Source of the DNA: Octopus bimaculoides
Lineage: Eukaryota
Length of the DNA: 64,000 nt
Direction of reading: 5' to 3'
NCBI RefSeq assembly: GCF_001194135.2
Contig: NC_068998.1
Location: 52,723,068-52,787,067, forward strand
Positions 39,021-52,755 of this stretch are shown piece by piece. The translations under genes were made by a program, and so were the position numbers. Below the pieces are notes generated by a model. It saw only the letters and a program-made list of their open reading frames with translations, did no database searches and was not told the DNA's origin. Position 1 is the first letter of the stretch. Every line of letters begins with the position of its first letter.

Positions 39021-40317
39021 TAATAATAATCATAATAATGACAATTAGAAGAATCGTATTGACAATATTACCGATATTATGGAGAGAAATATAGATATTA
39101 CCCTCAAAGGCATCAATGCTAATGATATTTTAACACGTTATGAAGAGCTGTAATTGTATTGTAGGCAAACATTTCCCTCAGTGTTGTCTTGCTTTCATTA
39201 TAATATTCATAGATACACAGCTCAAACTACGCAACAGCATTCGACAAAAATATCCATTGGTTCTACCGATTTCAAGTGATCTTATATAGATAATCTCAGT
39301 TCATTTTCATGCTACACGCAAATCTAGCTCGTTAGCAAATTATATCAATTACCTCAAAGCTAAGAACATTTCCTGTAATATTTCCTGGTCAATTATTAGG
39401 ATTGGAAGACCTTACCAAAGTGGCTAATCTGCATGCGATCTATGCTTTTGGGATTTGCTGGAAATATTACGAGAGAATAGATGTCTATCCATCAACAAAC
39501 AGCGGGAAGCAATTACATTTTGCAGACACTAAATTTTTCAAACGTTTACTTTCACCAGATATCAAGTTACGTCAATCATATTAAACAACTATTAACCATT
39601 ATTTCGATCCAACATGCTCGTCCTAACTTTCCTATAGCCTTCTTTATTTATATAAATAAAAGCAGCCTATTAAGATTATGATATACTTTTATTCCTGCAT
39701 CTTAAAGGCTTTAAAATTCCTTTTATAATTTATCTTTTATTAGTTTTATCATCTTATTATCTTATCTTTCTGCTCCTTTTGTATTTTTCATTGCGGTTCC
39801 GGTCTTGTCTGGTCTACACGCTTCAATGCTTCTACTGTGCTAAAGCTGCCGAAAGGCCACCTGCCAATGGCTTAGCAAGGAAAGCCTAGCTATTTTCTTT
39901 TTATCTTTTCCCTTTCTTTCTTTCAAAGAATTCGCTTTGATCTTCTTTCTATGCTCGATTCTCAATAAAGTTAACTCTATGATCTGTCGTGACTAGTCTG
40001 ATTCTAACAAACTCTAGCCATTTCATATATTCTCTACTCTTTTTTTTTCTTGTATTTTCTGTTCCTTTCTCTTTCCTATACAAATCACATCACTGTTCTT
40101 TCCCCCTCACATTTGCTTACATTTCAATTCCAATCTCACAACCTTTATTGCTCTCACTTTTTCCATCTTAGTAGAGCAACTTTAATCTCCAACTCTTCCC
40201 GTCATTTTAGCGATGTTTCTATGCTTTTAAATATGTTCTTACTGTGCTAACATTTGTATATATGTGTGTACATATACAGGTATATGTATGTGTGTAGTAT
40301 ATTTATTCTTCTATTCT

Positions 40318-40530
40318 TTTCTTTGTTTCGGTCATTTGACTACGGCCATGCTGGAGCACCACCACCTTTAGTCGAACAAATCGACCCTTGGACTTATTCT
40401 TTGTAAGCCTGGTACTTATTCTATCGGTCTCTTTTGCCGAACCACTAGGTTACGGGGATGTGAACAGACCATCATCGGTTGTCAAGCGATGGCGGGGGGG
40501 GACAAACACAGACACACAAATACACACANN
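40318..40530 (-). mobile_element. Family B SINE 3' half, interrupted by a gap
   Basis: gtttcggtcatttgactacggccatgctggagcacc...ttgccgaaccactaggttacgggg...ggttgtcaagcgatgg. Confidence 0.85.
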
Positions 40531-40618
40531 NNNNNNNNNNNNNNNNNNNNNNNNNNNNNNNNNNNNNNNNNNNNNNNNNNNNNNNNNNNNNNNNNNNNNN
40601 NNNNNNNNNNNNNNNNNN

Positions 40619-40662
<44 letters not shown>

Positions 40663-40826
40663 CACACACACAGAGTTTATGTAGTAGAGCGCTTATTTAG
40701 CATGCGACAGTTACCGGGATCAATGCCTGAATTCTCCACTTCTTTATTATAGTTATAAGCAAAACTGTGTGGTAAGAAGTTTGCTTCTCAACCACATGCC
40801 ACAGTTATGTATGTATGTATGTATGG

Positions 40827-40865
<39 letters not shown>

Positions 40866-42399
40866 AATCTATCTACCTACCTCTCTGTCTGTCTGTCTAT
40901 CTATATACCTACCTCTCTGTCTGTCTGTCTACTTCGCTACCAACCTATCTATGTACTTCTCAATCTCTATAGCTGTCTACTAGTTTTCTTGCTCATGAAC
41001 AAAAGACAGTGCCATTGAATATCAACAGATCATTGAAGCGTCCACTGGTTATCTGACAGCCAATCCTTTCAGCCAGCTGTGACATCGCATCAATATATCG
41101 CTTAAAAAGTTAAGTAAATACATAGGGAATTTCCGCTTTAATATTTATAAAAGATTTCCATAATTTTTACTTGAATGATGCTAATTTCTCAATCTAAACA
41201 AGCAGTAAAATAACAAGATTTAATTTTAATATCTTTTTATTCATTTGAAATTTTCTTCAATTTTATAAATCCATGATAAAAAAACGAATGGACAAAAAGA
41301 AAAGAAAATAATAATAAAAATTTCAAAAAAAAACCAGAGTGACAGAAGAAGAAAATCAGCCATGTCAGCTTGTCTGTTAAGATGAACATTAAGCATTTGG
41401 TAATGAAATGAAGAAATCAATGAACGCCATTGGCCAACGGAACATTTCTATAACATTGCTTCATTGTTTTCAAAAGTGGTCGTTGTTTATTTTGTGTGTG
41501 AGTTTAGCCTATTGATTTAAAAATATACATGAATGAATTAAAAGATAAAATCAATCTTCTACAATATTGAAGTTTAGAAACCGTTGATTTAATCCGATTT
41601 CGTACAGACGCCAAAGCTCTTTTGCACTCTGGCCCATGTTTACAGTTATGGCTCATTCTAACAAGCGTGTTACTTGCTGAAATAAATTTGTCTGAGATTC
41701 TTCGTGCTGTAACCTAAAATATTTAGGTGGGAGATTCTCGTTGAAGAGTTTGACAAGTTCAGTGGCCCTGAGAGGTGAAGAATCATTTCATTTCAGCTAC
41801 ATGCCCTTCATCTCTGAATGAAGCAGATAAAATGTTGTTGTCACTTTGCCAGCAAGAGAATAACACTCTCCGTGTTTCTCAATATTCAGACAAAGAACCA
41901 GAAACCGAAGCGTTAGATTATTTATTCCTCGCAGCAGTCGGACAGTTCTAACAAAAAGCAGTGGCTAGCAATCTATCATGGCAGAGACTAACAAAGTGTT
42001 GTATTAAATCTGAGTGAAACAGAGTTAATTTAAGGAGATACCTCTTATTACGTCAGCTGACGAGACCGCTTCTGCACTGTGGGATGCACCACAACTAGTT
42101 TTATAGTTTTCCACCTGCACGGGATCGATGCAGGTTGTGTCGAAACGATCGTTCGGAGAAATAAAGTTTCCCGTGTTTCCATCTTCCGTCTCTATCATTT
42201 GTTATATATATATATATATATATATACGCGTGTGTGTGTGGGGGGGGGGTGTAAAGAAAATACCAGTCATTCTCTCCTTTAAAAGCAGCATATCCTCGAT
42301 ATGAGGCAAAGTATTTCCGCTTTCCATCGAACTGCTTGCTGCATTTTATTCCTCCAAATTACTTAAGGGACGTGTATTGTTCATTTCTGCTTCCCTTTC

Positions 42400-42556
42400 T
42401 GCGCAAGCTCTGTATAATGCTAAACGCCATCTTAAATTTGCTGACGTCAGTTTCTCTTTTGTTTTGTTTTCCTTGTTCTTTATACTTCGCAAAAAGAAGA
42501 AAAACAAAGATGTCCTGGTAGAAAAAGAAGGCGCTAGCGGTGGTGGTGATGATTGG
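42400..42556 (-). promoter_or_regulatory. Candidate promoter-like motif cluster (CCAAT, full CRE, YY1-like)
   Basis: ATTGG 42552-42556 (CCAAT on minus), cTGACGTCAg 42441-42450, CGCCATCTT 42425-42433, TGCGCA 42400-42405. Motif match only. Confidence 0.25.
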
Positions 42557-43539
42557 GAAAGCATACATCTGAACATTACACTTAGCTTGCACTTCTTTTA
42601 AACTAAATACGATGTTATTTCACTTCTCAACCATAAATATGTACTTGAAGAAGGTAAATAGCACGTTGAGTTGCTTTTTTATTTAATTATTGCTGTATGT
42701 AGTTTATCTTCATATCCTCACCAAATAAAGGGGTTAAACCGCTAGGTCGTCTTCCCCTTTGGCATTGCCGTTTCGTGAACACCATATTATCAGGAGGGAA
42801 TAATCAATATTAGATGTTAAATATTTCTCATCTCTGAAACGTCCCATTTATTGATCAAACTATTTGTTTCGTGTTTTGCTATCCTTGTTTGTAATATCCA
42901 TTTGAAAGGAGCGCTGTAAAAAATGTGTTTGTAAAATTGTGAGAAAAATCGTTTGGTAGTATTTACTGCACGTGATACCCTATGGGGTCATAAACTGACG
43001 AATATTTCAAAATAAGATATGTCGTTGGGGTGAGTAAAACATGAATTATTTGCATTTGGTTCGCCATCAATTCTTGTTGGAAACGTTATAAATTCTCTTT
43101 TCTAGGAGAATCGGATATTTAAAAAAACTTTTACGCTAATGTTTTCAAGAGTTTTACAAATTGCTAAACATACCAGACACTAAACACAAATTCCTCCATT
43201 CACACTTTCTATGTTTCTTTTTTTCTTTGATTTTTTTATTTTTAATATTTACAATGTAAGTATTGACTACGGGAACGTGAAAATAAAGTAATTTCCCTTT
43301 GGACAGCTTGAGGAAGTAAAACAATACAAAACAAAGAACACGAAACATTCATGCTTTACTATCGATATAATATTGATATAAGCAATTCCATGCGATAAAA
43401 ATTTGCATTGCGTAGAAATTTGCATGTTTTCGTAACTGCCGGAGGGACAAAGGGAACTTCTGAAAAGTTGAGAATGGTTTTCCTGGTGAAATTTTTTTCT
43501 TTAACACCATATTCTAAAGGTGTCTTTTATCTTTTTTCT

Positions 43540-44170
43540 CGTTTCAGTCTTTGGATTTCGGCCATGCTGCAGCACTGCACTGAAGTGCTTAGTTGAAGAA
43601 ATTGATCCCAGTGCTTATTTAAAAGCCTGGTGCTTATTCTACCGACCATTTTAACAAACTGCTAAGCTGCGCGAATGTAAACAAACTAACGCCGTTACTT
43701 ACATTTGACGGATATTTGTCCTCATCTTGTTTGTTATTGTTTCGGCTGATATATATCAGTCGAAACGTTGCGTTAACAACAAACAAGATGAGCACAAATA
43801 ATCGTCAAATGTAAATAATGTAAATAATTCCTCATCTCTTAAATATAGAACTGAATAAACTAACGCCGGTCGTCAAACGGTGGAGACAAACACACTCATC
43901 ACACACACACACACACACACACACGCATGTACACACACACATACACACACACATACACACACACACACACAAACACACATACATACACACACATGTAAAT
44001 GTATATACGCCGGGCTTCCATTGGGGATTCACATAGTTTCCGCCTATCAAAATCTCTCACAAGGTATTAGTCGGACCTGAAGGATATTGTAGAATACACT
44101 TACCGAAGGTGCTGCGCAGTGGCACAGAACACAAAACCAAGTGGTGCAAAGCTTCTCGACCACGCAGCCA
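43540..44170 (-). mobile_element. Family B SINE carrying an internal hairpin-containing insertion
   Basis: Family B sequence on both sides of an insert bracketed by the direct repeat aaactaacgccg (43683-43694, 43857-43868). Confidence 0.8.
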
Positions 44171-46989
44171 CGTCTGCGACGACTGCCAATTTCTTTTATC
44201 AATTCACAATGGCCAGCATTGCCAAATTATGAAAACTTCAATAACATCTAAGGCAATATTATTTGCTTTTGATGTTATTTCTTTGTCATTAACAACAAGA
44301 GAAAGTTGTTTTACGACTGTGTTTCCAGGTTAATTCCTGAGATATTTTCTCGTGTTTTTTAAATTTCTGTTGATTGCGTGCTAATGTCACTGGAAATATA
44401 TGAAAGTAATATTTGTGAAACAGATTTCAACAGACTTTGGGGCACAGTTGTCTCTGTTTTTATCCGTGGGTCAATCTTGATTAAGCGTATCTATGATATG
44501 ACATTCCATCAGTGAACAACCCTTCTATTTTTCTCTAGGCACAGTGCATCAAGGAGTACAATATCCAATGTATCCATTCCTAAGACGGTAAGGTGTGATC
44601 TGAAGGAGATTTGGTTGCTATTGTTAGCAGCTCACTCCAATCGATCCACCGTGTAGAAGCTCTTGATGACGTAATCGTTTTTGGTCTGACAAAATAAACG
44701 ACATTTTCTCTGTTCACTTCAAAATCGATATTTGTTCGTCTTCTAAGAGAATAAATACTTTCTTCTTAGAGTTTACATTCTCCAGTGTTTGATATGAAGA
44801 GGTTTCTTCTGGGTTCTTTGTTGCTATTTTCAAAACTTGCTTTTTCAACTTTCTTTAACTCTTTTCTGTCTGACTGTGGCGATTAAGAATTGATGTATCA
44901 TGGTTTTTATCTCTTATTTTTCTTCATTTGGTTAATATTATTCCGCATGTTTAGTGTTATTTCTACCTAAATCAGCAGCAGACAATAAATGTTGCAGTAA
45001 CATACATCAATTATAAATATGAGCAAAATAAAAGTCAAAAACCACTTCTTTATTTCACACACGTTGCTAACCTCAGTCTCATATCGATCGCGATATTTTC
45101 AAGCCATATAAAGATACACCACATTTAATTGTGAATAAAGACTGTCATATTCTGCTGTAATATATCACGTATATACATACCTAACGTATAAGTATTTCCA
45201 GGTTGGTCCAAATTAACAAGTAATTCATTAAATCTCGTAATTGTGATTACTCAACCAGTGACCGAACCATCGAGGTTACGAGCATTGGAGGTTATTTGAA
45301 ACGCCGTGTGTATCTTTTTTCTAATCCTCCAAAGTTCACAATCCACGATTTAAAATAATTTGTTAATCCTCAGGTTGATTCTAAGTATTTTTGTGAATAG
45401 ATGGTAGCACTGCAACGTAACTATTGAGCATGTGTCAGCCTTTTAACATCAACACATAGAAATGATAAATTCCATACCCATTTCTTCCATTTTGTAATTT
45501 GAGCAGATGAAATACAAATAGTAATTAGAGAATATCATGATAACTAATAGTATTATCAGGAATAAAGTTTTGGTAGAAATCCTACATTTCAGTGGTGGAC
45601 TTCTGTCATTTCAACACAAGACGCTTCAACAAGACACAGCTACACAATGTTATTAGATGAGAAAGCGTGACGGAGTTGCCGCTATCAAGTTGGTTTGTTT
45701 GAACAATCTGTACGATGAATATTATTAGAGCAGACATGGTTTGTGCAGGGCCAGTCATGCTCTCTTATCCTTCAATTTTATATTGGTCAGTTACGACAAG
45801 TGCCACCAGCCCAGTAAGTATCAGGATGTAGGATATGTATGGAGTTGACTTCTATTAGATGAACAGGCAAAAAGCTGAAGGGCCTCATCTACCCAGGGTC
45901 AGTTGGAGGCTTTTGTGAATGATGCTCTTCCTGATGCAATTCTGTGATATTCTAAATAACCCATGGTCGGCACCCTAACAAGTGCTGCTACTCTAGATCA
46001 CTTGGAAATAATAGTGTTCAAAAGGTGGGTCCACATCTTCAAAACCCTAGAATTCTTGAATCAGAGCTCAACCATTGAATGCAGTTAAAGACTAAAAGGA
46101 GCATGCACGAATAAAAGCAAAAGAACTGTAAATATGAAAATAGCGGGGTTTATTAGGGCACTGGGTCTTGAAATAATATTTTTTCAAACTACAAAACACA
46201 TCGTAACCATTCTAATTTCTCTCTTCGTGTTTTTCACCAGGAGCAATATATTTGAACATTTCATTGAACAATATTCTGAACGAATTATCTTTTACAGAAA
46301 CAAATAGAAATACTTATGTCGAGGTAAAGTAAGGTGGTTCCATCAAGAACCCTGTTCAAACCGAAAGATGCTGGGAGAAGCGTTAAGCATAAGGGAATTT
46401 CAAACAAAAGTTTATCAACTAATATTAGAACTAATTGTCTACCTATCAGTTTCTAAAGCATCACTGATTATTTAGAGAATACGAATTGACTATCACTGAG
46501 AAGTAGGATTGGTAAAGAAAGAAAAGAAGGAACTGATTACTGGTGAAAAACGAACGAAAAGGAAGACCGATGACTCCAGTACACGTTATAATTAGCATTA
46601 TAAGGTTGGATATAGCTTCGTAACATGATTCCATTTAATAGCTTCTACCATTGTTCTGACCAGTTTCTAGGACTCACTTTTATTTCATTCACGAGAACAA
46701 TAGACTTTCTGAATGCATTTCTAAACTCGCCAGTATTGTTCCGCAGGATTTTCGTACACTAAACTTTTGAGGAAATTCACAACAGCATATTTTTTCTTAT
46801 TTTCTTTAAGACTCAACGTTCATTTTCTCGCACCTTTCTCTAGCATTTCCAAGTTACACTTTCCATACAATTCTTAAAGAATAAGCTGTACCGTTTTATA
46901 TTTTTCTTTTCAGCGAATTTACTACACCTGCTTACCAAACTCGCTACACTATTACACCTATTCTCCATACATTTTTCGTTTTATATAAT

Positions 46990-47285
46990 AGTCATTCCCT
47001 AACATACATGCATACATACATACATACACACACACACATACATACATACATAGATGTATACATGCATATATACGTACGTACATACATACATACATAAACA
47101 CACATACGTACATATATGCATACATACGTACATACATACGTACATACATACATAAACACCTGCGTACAAACGTACATACAGACATAAACGCATACATACG
47201 TACGTACGTACATACATACATAGATACATACATACATAGATACATACATACATAGATACATACATACATACACACATACATACAT
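46990..47285. repeat. Degenerate (CATA)n tetranucleotide block
   Basis: Directly visible. Confidence 0.95.
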
Positions 47286-47520
47286 ATGTTCATAGGTGAC
47301 AGCTGCAACTCGGTTTCGAGCAATTCCATCGCAGGATCGTTCCCTTAAAGCTGCACAGATGTGGATTTTCAGTTCTGCTCGGGATGTACACTCTTTTGTA
47401 GAGATGAGGCAATGGCGTGTGTCTCATGCCACACGCATTCAGGCAGTTACCACCCGCACTAACACACGCCTTCATTACATCAGGGAATTTTTCATTGTGT
47501 TCAATCGTTTTCGGCTAGAG

Positions 47521-47605
47521 CAGGGATTCTCAGCCATTTATCCATGGACCCCTTTGATCACTATTTTTTTTTTTTTTGTGGACCCCCAAAGCTATTAGAT
47601 GTTTA
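47521..47605. mobile_element. Partial copy (one end) of the same hAT MITE family
   Basis: cagggattctcagccattt...atggacccctttgat resembles the left end of the other two copies. Confidence 0.4.
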
Positions 47606-48841
47606 TAGAAACTCCTTTCAAAATTTATATTTTGCTTTTTACATCTTTGACTGTCAGAAACTAATGGCAAGAAAAATATCTAGTTTGATGCAAAATACAT
47701 TATGATGTTCCTTCTAATTTTATGATTAAGCTCTTTAACAAGTGTCAGATAAGAAAAGTGTCTTCTCCTGTATTAGATTATAGACAGATAAGTAAGTTCT
47801 TATTGCACAGAAGGGTGAAAGAAGACACCAATTTCTTTGATGTGAATTTTTCATTCAGTTTCCTATAATAATTGAACAAAAAAAAAACATTCAAATGATT
47901 CTACTGTCTTGAAATATGGGTTAATCAACACTAAATATAATATGCCAGGAGACAGGATGGTCACAGCTTGAACGCTGGACAAACAATGTGTTCTCAAGGT
48001 GCAAAATTATTTCTTGCCGTTCGAGCAAATTATTTCAGAGGACAGTAATGGTTAGAAATCTGCAGGAAGCGAGTTCCAAAACATAAAAGTACAAGGTTTT
48101 ACAAAGTCTATAAAATACTCACAGAATCATCACCAAACGACATCAACAATTGTAAATATTCTAAAAACAAATATTCTATGAGAAAAAGAACATTAACGAC
48201 GAATGAAGTACCAACGATGAAAAAAAAAACAAAAAAAATAAACAACAACCCCAGAACTGGAAATACCGTTATCTTTTTTCTCAACATAACAGTTTTGCAT
48301 AGAATACATTTAAAAATATACGCTTGAAACGGAGAATTAAACTTCCTAAAACACGACACACACAAGAAACCTAAAAATTCTACATTATCGGCATAAAAAG
48401 CAGCTTCATGGAAGTAAAAAATTTTATTGTGACACATCACATCCAGGCAGTAATAATTCAGGATACATTATTATTACCACAGCAGAGAACAGCCAGTATT
48501 CGAAAATATAAATTTAAACAAGACTAGAGAGACCGTTTCACGGTAGAGTTGGTCTTATGAAGACAAAAATAAATGAATAAAAAATGCCATATATTTCATA
48601 AGCGACATGCAAACTAACAGAAAACGGCACTCTACGATAAATACGTGTTTTGAAAATAAAATCCAGCAAATTAAAAACTAAAATAACAACAAAGCATATT
48701 AGAATAATGAACACAAACATATATAGGCAAGAATTTTACACACCAAACCTGCAGCTTCATAGTAGAAAAAGTATGAAGCATAAACATACATAAAAGCAAC
48801 CAAATGTTCACATTTGGTCAACTGAAAGAAGCAACAATAAT

Positions 48842-49055
48842 ATTCTTTTCTACCCTAGGTATAAGGCCCGAAATTTTGGGGGAGAGGGCCAATCGATTAG
48901 ATCGACACCAGTGCGCAACTGGTAATTAATTTATCAACCCCGAAAAAATGAAAGGCAAAGTTAACCTCGGCGGAATTTGAACTCAGAGCATAGAAACAGA
49001 CGAAATACCGGTAAGCATTTCGACCGGCGTGCTAACGCTTCTGCCAACTCGCCAT
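48842..49055 (-). mobile_element. Family A SINE, full length and well preserved
   Basis: Head ggcgagttggcagaagcgttagcacgccgg, B-box gagttcaaattcc, central domain and tail ending in agaaaagaata on minus. Confidence 0.9.
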
Positions 49056-49436
49056 GCTTCTGGTATCTAATATTGAAAAGGCATTTGTACAGTTTAGGAT
49101 ATCATTCCATAGATTGTACTCTACGTAGTTTGGTTTACTAAACGCTCAACAGGGAAAGCCATAAACAACAGCACTGAAAACATTTACAAAAGCTATCGAC
49201 TATCTTCAGTATATATAACAATCTCGATTTATTTAGCAAAAGAGATATTTAGTTGTATCGACCTTATAATTCTACATACATTAAGTCAGTATTTTAGAGT
49301 GGTTTTATGGTATTATTGGTCATTTAAACTCAAAGTTAAAATCTGAAATTTTATTTGATTCTATTTCGCTTCTATTTTCCTATGTATATTTGCATGTATG
49401 TATGTATGTATGTATGTATGTATGTATGTATGTATG

Positions 49437-49467
<31 letters not shown>

Positions 49468-52400
49468 ATCTTTAAAAGGATCCGTATCATTCTATCAAGT
49501 ACAGTTTAATGCTCTGTTTTGCCTATGATATCAATCTATGACTGCTCAATACATGTCCCAAAANNNNNNNNNNATGATCAAAAAATAAAAGAATATGTAA
49601 ATATATATATATATATATTTACATATTCTTTTATTTTTTGATCATTTACTTGTTTCAGTCAATTAAGTGTGGCTATGCTGGAGCATCGCCTTATAGGTAT
49701 GTATGTATGTTCAAACTTTTAAAGTGAAAAAGGGTGCGTGAAGGGCACATGGGTAATATTTCTAATTGCTAGGCAAAAATAGAATAGAAAGGGCAATTCC
49801 TAGTACCCAGTTCAGGCCTGCCAAACTGGTGAGAGGACGAGAGAGATTCCTAAGTAAAAGTTTCGATTAGGTGGTGACAAACCAGGCAACAGATTAACCT
49901 ATCAGAGAAAGAAACGTCCTTCTCACAGGCTTACACAAAATTTTTATCAGATCTCACTCAGAAAAACTTCATCGATCTGAGGCTAAGATAAATGACAGTT
50001 GTCCAAAGAACCAAAGTGTCTAACAGTGGGATCGAAACTGAAATCTTGCAGTTCTGAAAGGAGTTTTTATATACCACCAAAATGATGAGATTGAAAATAT
50101 AATTTTATTTATTATGCCTCTTAGTCGCAATCGTGCCTTTCTCGGGATTGTCAAATATGGGGACAAAATCGCAAACATACATTTAGAAGAATAATCTCCA
50201 AAAACATATGCTCAAAATACAATATTTCTATCCTTCCTTGTTGTGATGTGGTGGCCTGCATGCCTTAATGAGCAGTTTCTCATATCCACTACAGTTCAAC
50301 TTGGTTATCTAAAAGTCTCATAAATAATGTTTAATCATTCAAACATTCGCAAAAGATGAAATACGACTACCTTAGTTTTGGAACACAATATGCTTGTAGA
50401 ATTTGCAACCAAATTCCCACTAAACCATACTCTGTTCTCTTAAAATCAAAGGAGAATGCAATGATTAACATAATCCTTCTTCCATTTCGCCTGCAGAAAA
50501 GGCATAATCAATACCGCTGAAACACCCCTTTTCGTCTATTGAATATTAGTTTAATAGCCCCATCAAAATAACGAGTATTGCTCGTTGTAAGCACCGTCCC
50601 TGTATCCCTGTCGTATAGGACTTTCTGATATTGTTCTTTCTACACCAACAAAAGTATAGTATTTCATGCATTTCCTTTACTGGCGATGAATATTTTCTGT
50701 ATGGTCCCTGTATTATTTTCATTTCAATGTAAAATGTAATGGGCAGCCTTAATTACTTTCTTAAACTGCTATCTGATACTAACAAGAACCTTGAAACATT
50801 CTCTTCTGAATTATTAATTTGTTGTTCATAATATATTTGTTTTGGTTTTTTTTTTCATAAGTTTCTAGTGTTGTGATATATTGTTTCCAGTTTCGTATCT
50901 CGTTATGTCCTCTTCCAAATCACATGATACTCTACTACATAAAGTATGTCAATCACATTACCAATGTTCTTAATGTTCAAATAAATGTTTAGAATTTCTT
51001 TCAATTCTCACACAGTACTCATTATTGATTCTCATATTTATAGCTTTCTCCACACACAATTTTGCTTTAATGTGTGTCTGAGTATCTACAAAATGCAGAT
51101 TTATATAGTTCATGTATCATTTATTCTTCCTAGAATTGCAATCCGTCCGTTTAACTTGTCAGCGTATTTCGCCGTGAACATTTTCTACATTTGCGAAGGA
51201 CAAATGACATTTAAATATTTTCGCTCAAATTGTTCGATCGTATTCACATCGACTTTCGTACTACGAACGATTTACAGCACACAGTTTCGCGACATCAATA
51301 AACTGAGAAATATTTTATGAGCCTGATCCTCCCTCCACTCTATCATGCAAAATTATCTGATGCTATTAACCAACTTTGCCGTTCATCCTTTCCGGATCGA
51401 TAAACAACCGAGTCAATGGATTAATGGAATTCTTAGAGTGTTGGACGAAATAGCTAGTATTATCTGTTCCCTCTCTTTACGCTTCGAGTTCTAATTCTAC
51501 ATATGTGCTGATGGAATAGATACTTCGCGATCACCACTCCCTCCGATTGATTTGGTGTGGACTGGAACCGACAATTTTTACGGACAAACAGACAACCAGC
51601 ATGTTGAGGATTCATCGCGTAATGGATCGGAAACAAGTAAATGGAATGGAAGTAGTCAACATTTTGATAATAAACACAGTTGGACAAGCGATCTTGTAGA
51701 AATTGTTTTGTTTTTCGTACAATGAGCATTAACGATAGAGCTTGATAAGGTGAGCATGTGAAAAGAACGGTGAAATATCTTGGGCTAGTGCCTTCTATTA
51801 TAATCCCGGGGCGACCAATCGCTTCTGAATAAATTTGACCTCAGTCCCATGACCAAAACGAGTAGGAGATAAAAGATAAAAGAATGGAGATAATGATTAT
51901 TGGGTAACAGAAGACATAGATAGTCTAAGAGGATGATTAGAGCCATTTCAGCAATGTTTGGCAGTGAATAAATCCCAATCTTGATACGCTGTTATAAGCA
52001 AACAGGAAATGCAGAGGAAGGGATAGAAGAAACGCCGACTAATCTGATGCAGCATATGAAAGAAAATGGCAAATGTATAGCATTCTTGTAGAGAATCTGT
52101 TATTACATTTGCTGTGGAGCCCCAGGTGAGAATGGTATTGAAATGTGGCAGGATAAAATGCGTAATTTTCAAAAAAAGGATAACCAAAATTATGCTGTTC
52201 TATAAGTAGATACAGAGAGGGGGGTGAAGTGGGGGGGGGGGAAGGAGTTGGTTTTGATACAAAGGAGCTTAAGATAGCTTGGAATCAGAGAATTGGTTGT
52301 ACTAAAGAGATTTGAAAAAAGAAAACTCCTTTGGTCACTTCTAATAACATAAAATATAGTGTTAAAGAAAATATCTAGCTTCTGGAGAAATATGTGAGAT

Positions 52401-52659
52401 GGCAGCTTTATACGCTGAAGATAGTTTGTAGAGTGAAGATAGAAATATAATCTACTTCGTTAGTGACTCCAAAAATATAAACCCAGAAGGATTAGAGAGA
52501 TTTTTTTATAGAAAATATACTCAAGTTGAGATTGCAGATCCTGCAATAAATGAATTCCGAGTCTCTGCAAATTAATACAAATTTGGGATGGAAATGATAA
52601 TAGAGAACAACTAAGCAAAAAGCTCACTGCCTTATCAAAAACAACAGCAAAAATGGTTT

Positions 52660-52755
52660 AAAATTTTGCCAAAAGGGAGGCAATTTTGGGGGATGGAACG
52701 AGTCGATTACATTGACGCCAGTATCCATTTGGTACTTATTTTATCGATACCGAAA
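52660..52755 (-). mobile_element. Family A SINE 3' part, truncated by a gap
   Basis: gtcgattacattgacgccagtatccatttggtacttattttatcga. Confidence 0.65.

Noticed and set aside
46560-46900. Possible second RTE-like fragment on the minus strand
   Set aside because: LYG..TW-like motif only appears with an assumed frameshift; too degraded to support.
49574-49645. Perfect 72-bp palindrome centred on (TA)n
   Set aside because: It begins exactly at a 10-N gap and is centred on a self-complementary (TA)n tract, the typical signature of a contig end joined to its own reverse complement. Treated as an assembly artefact unless long reads confirm it.
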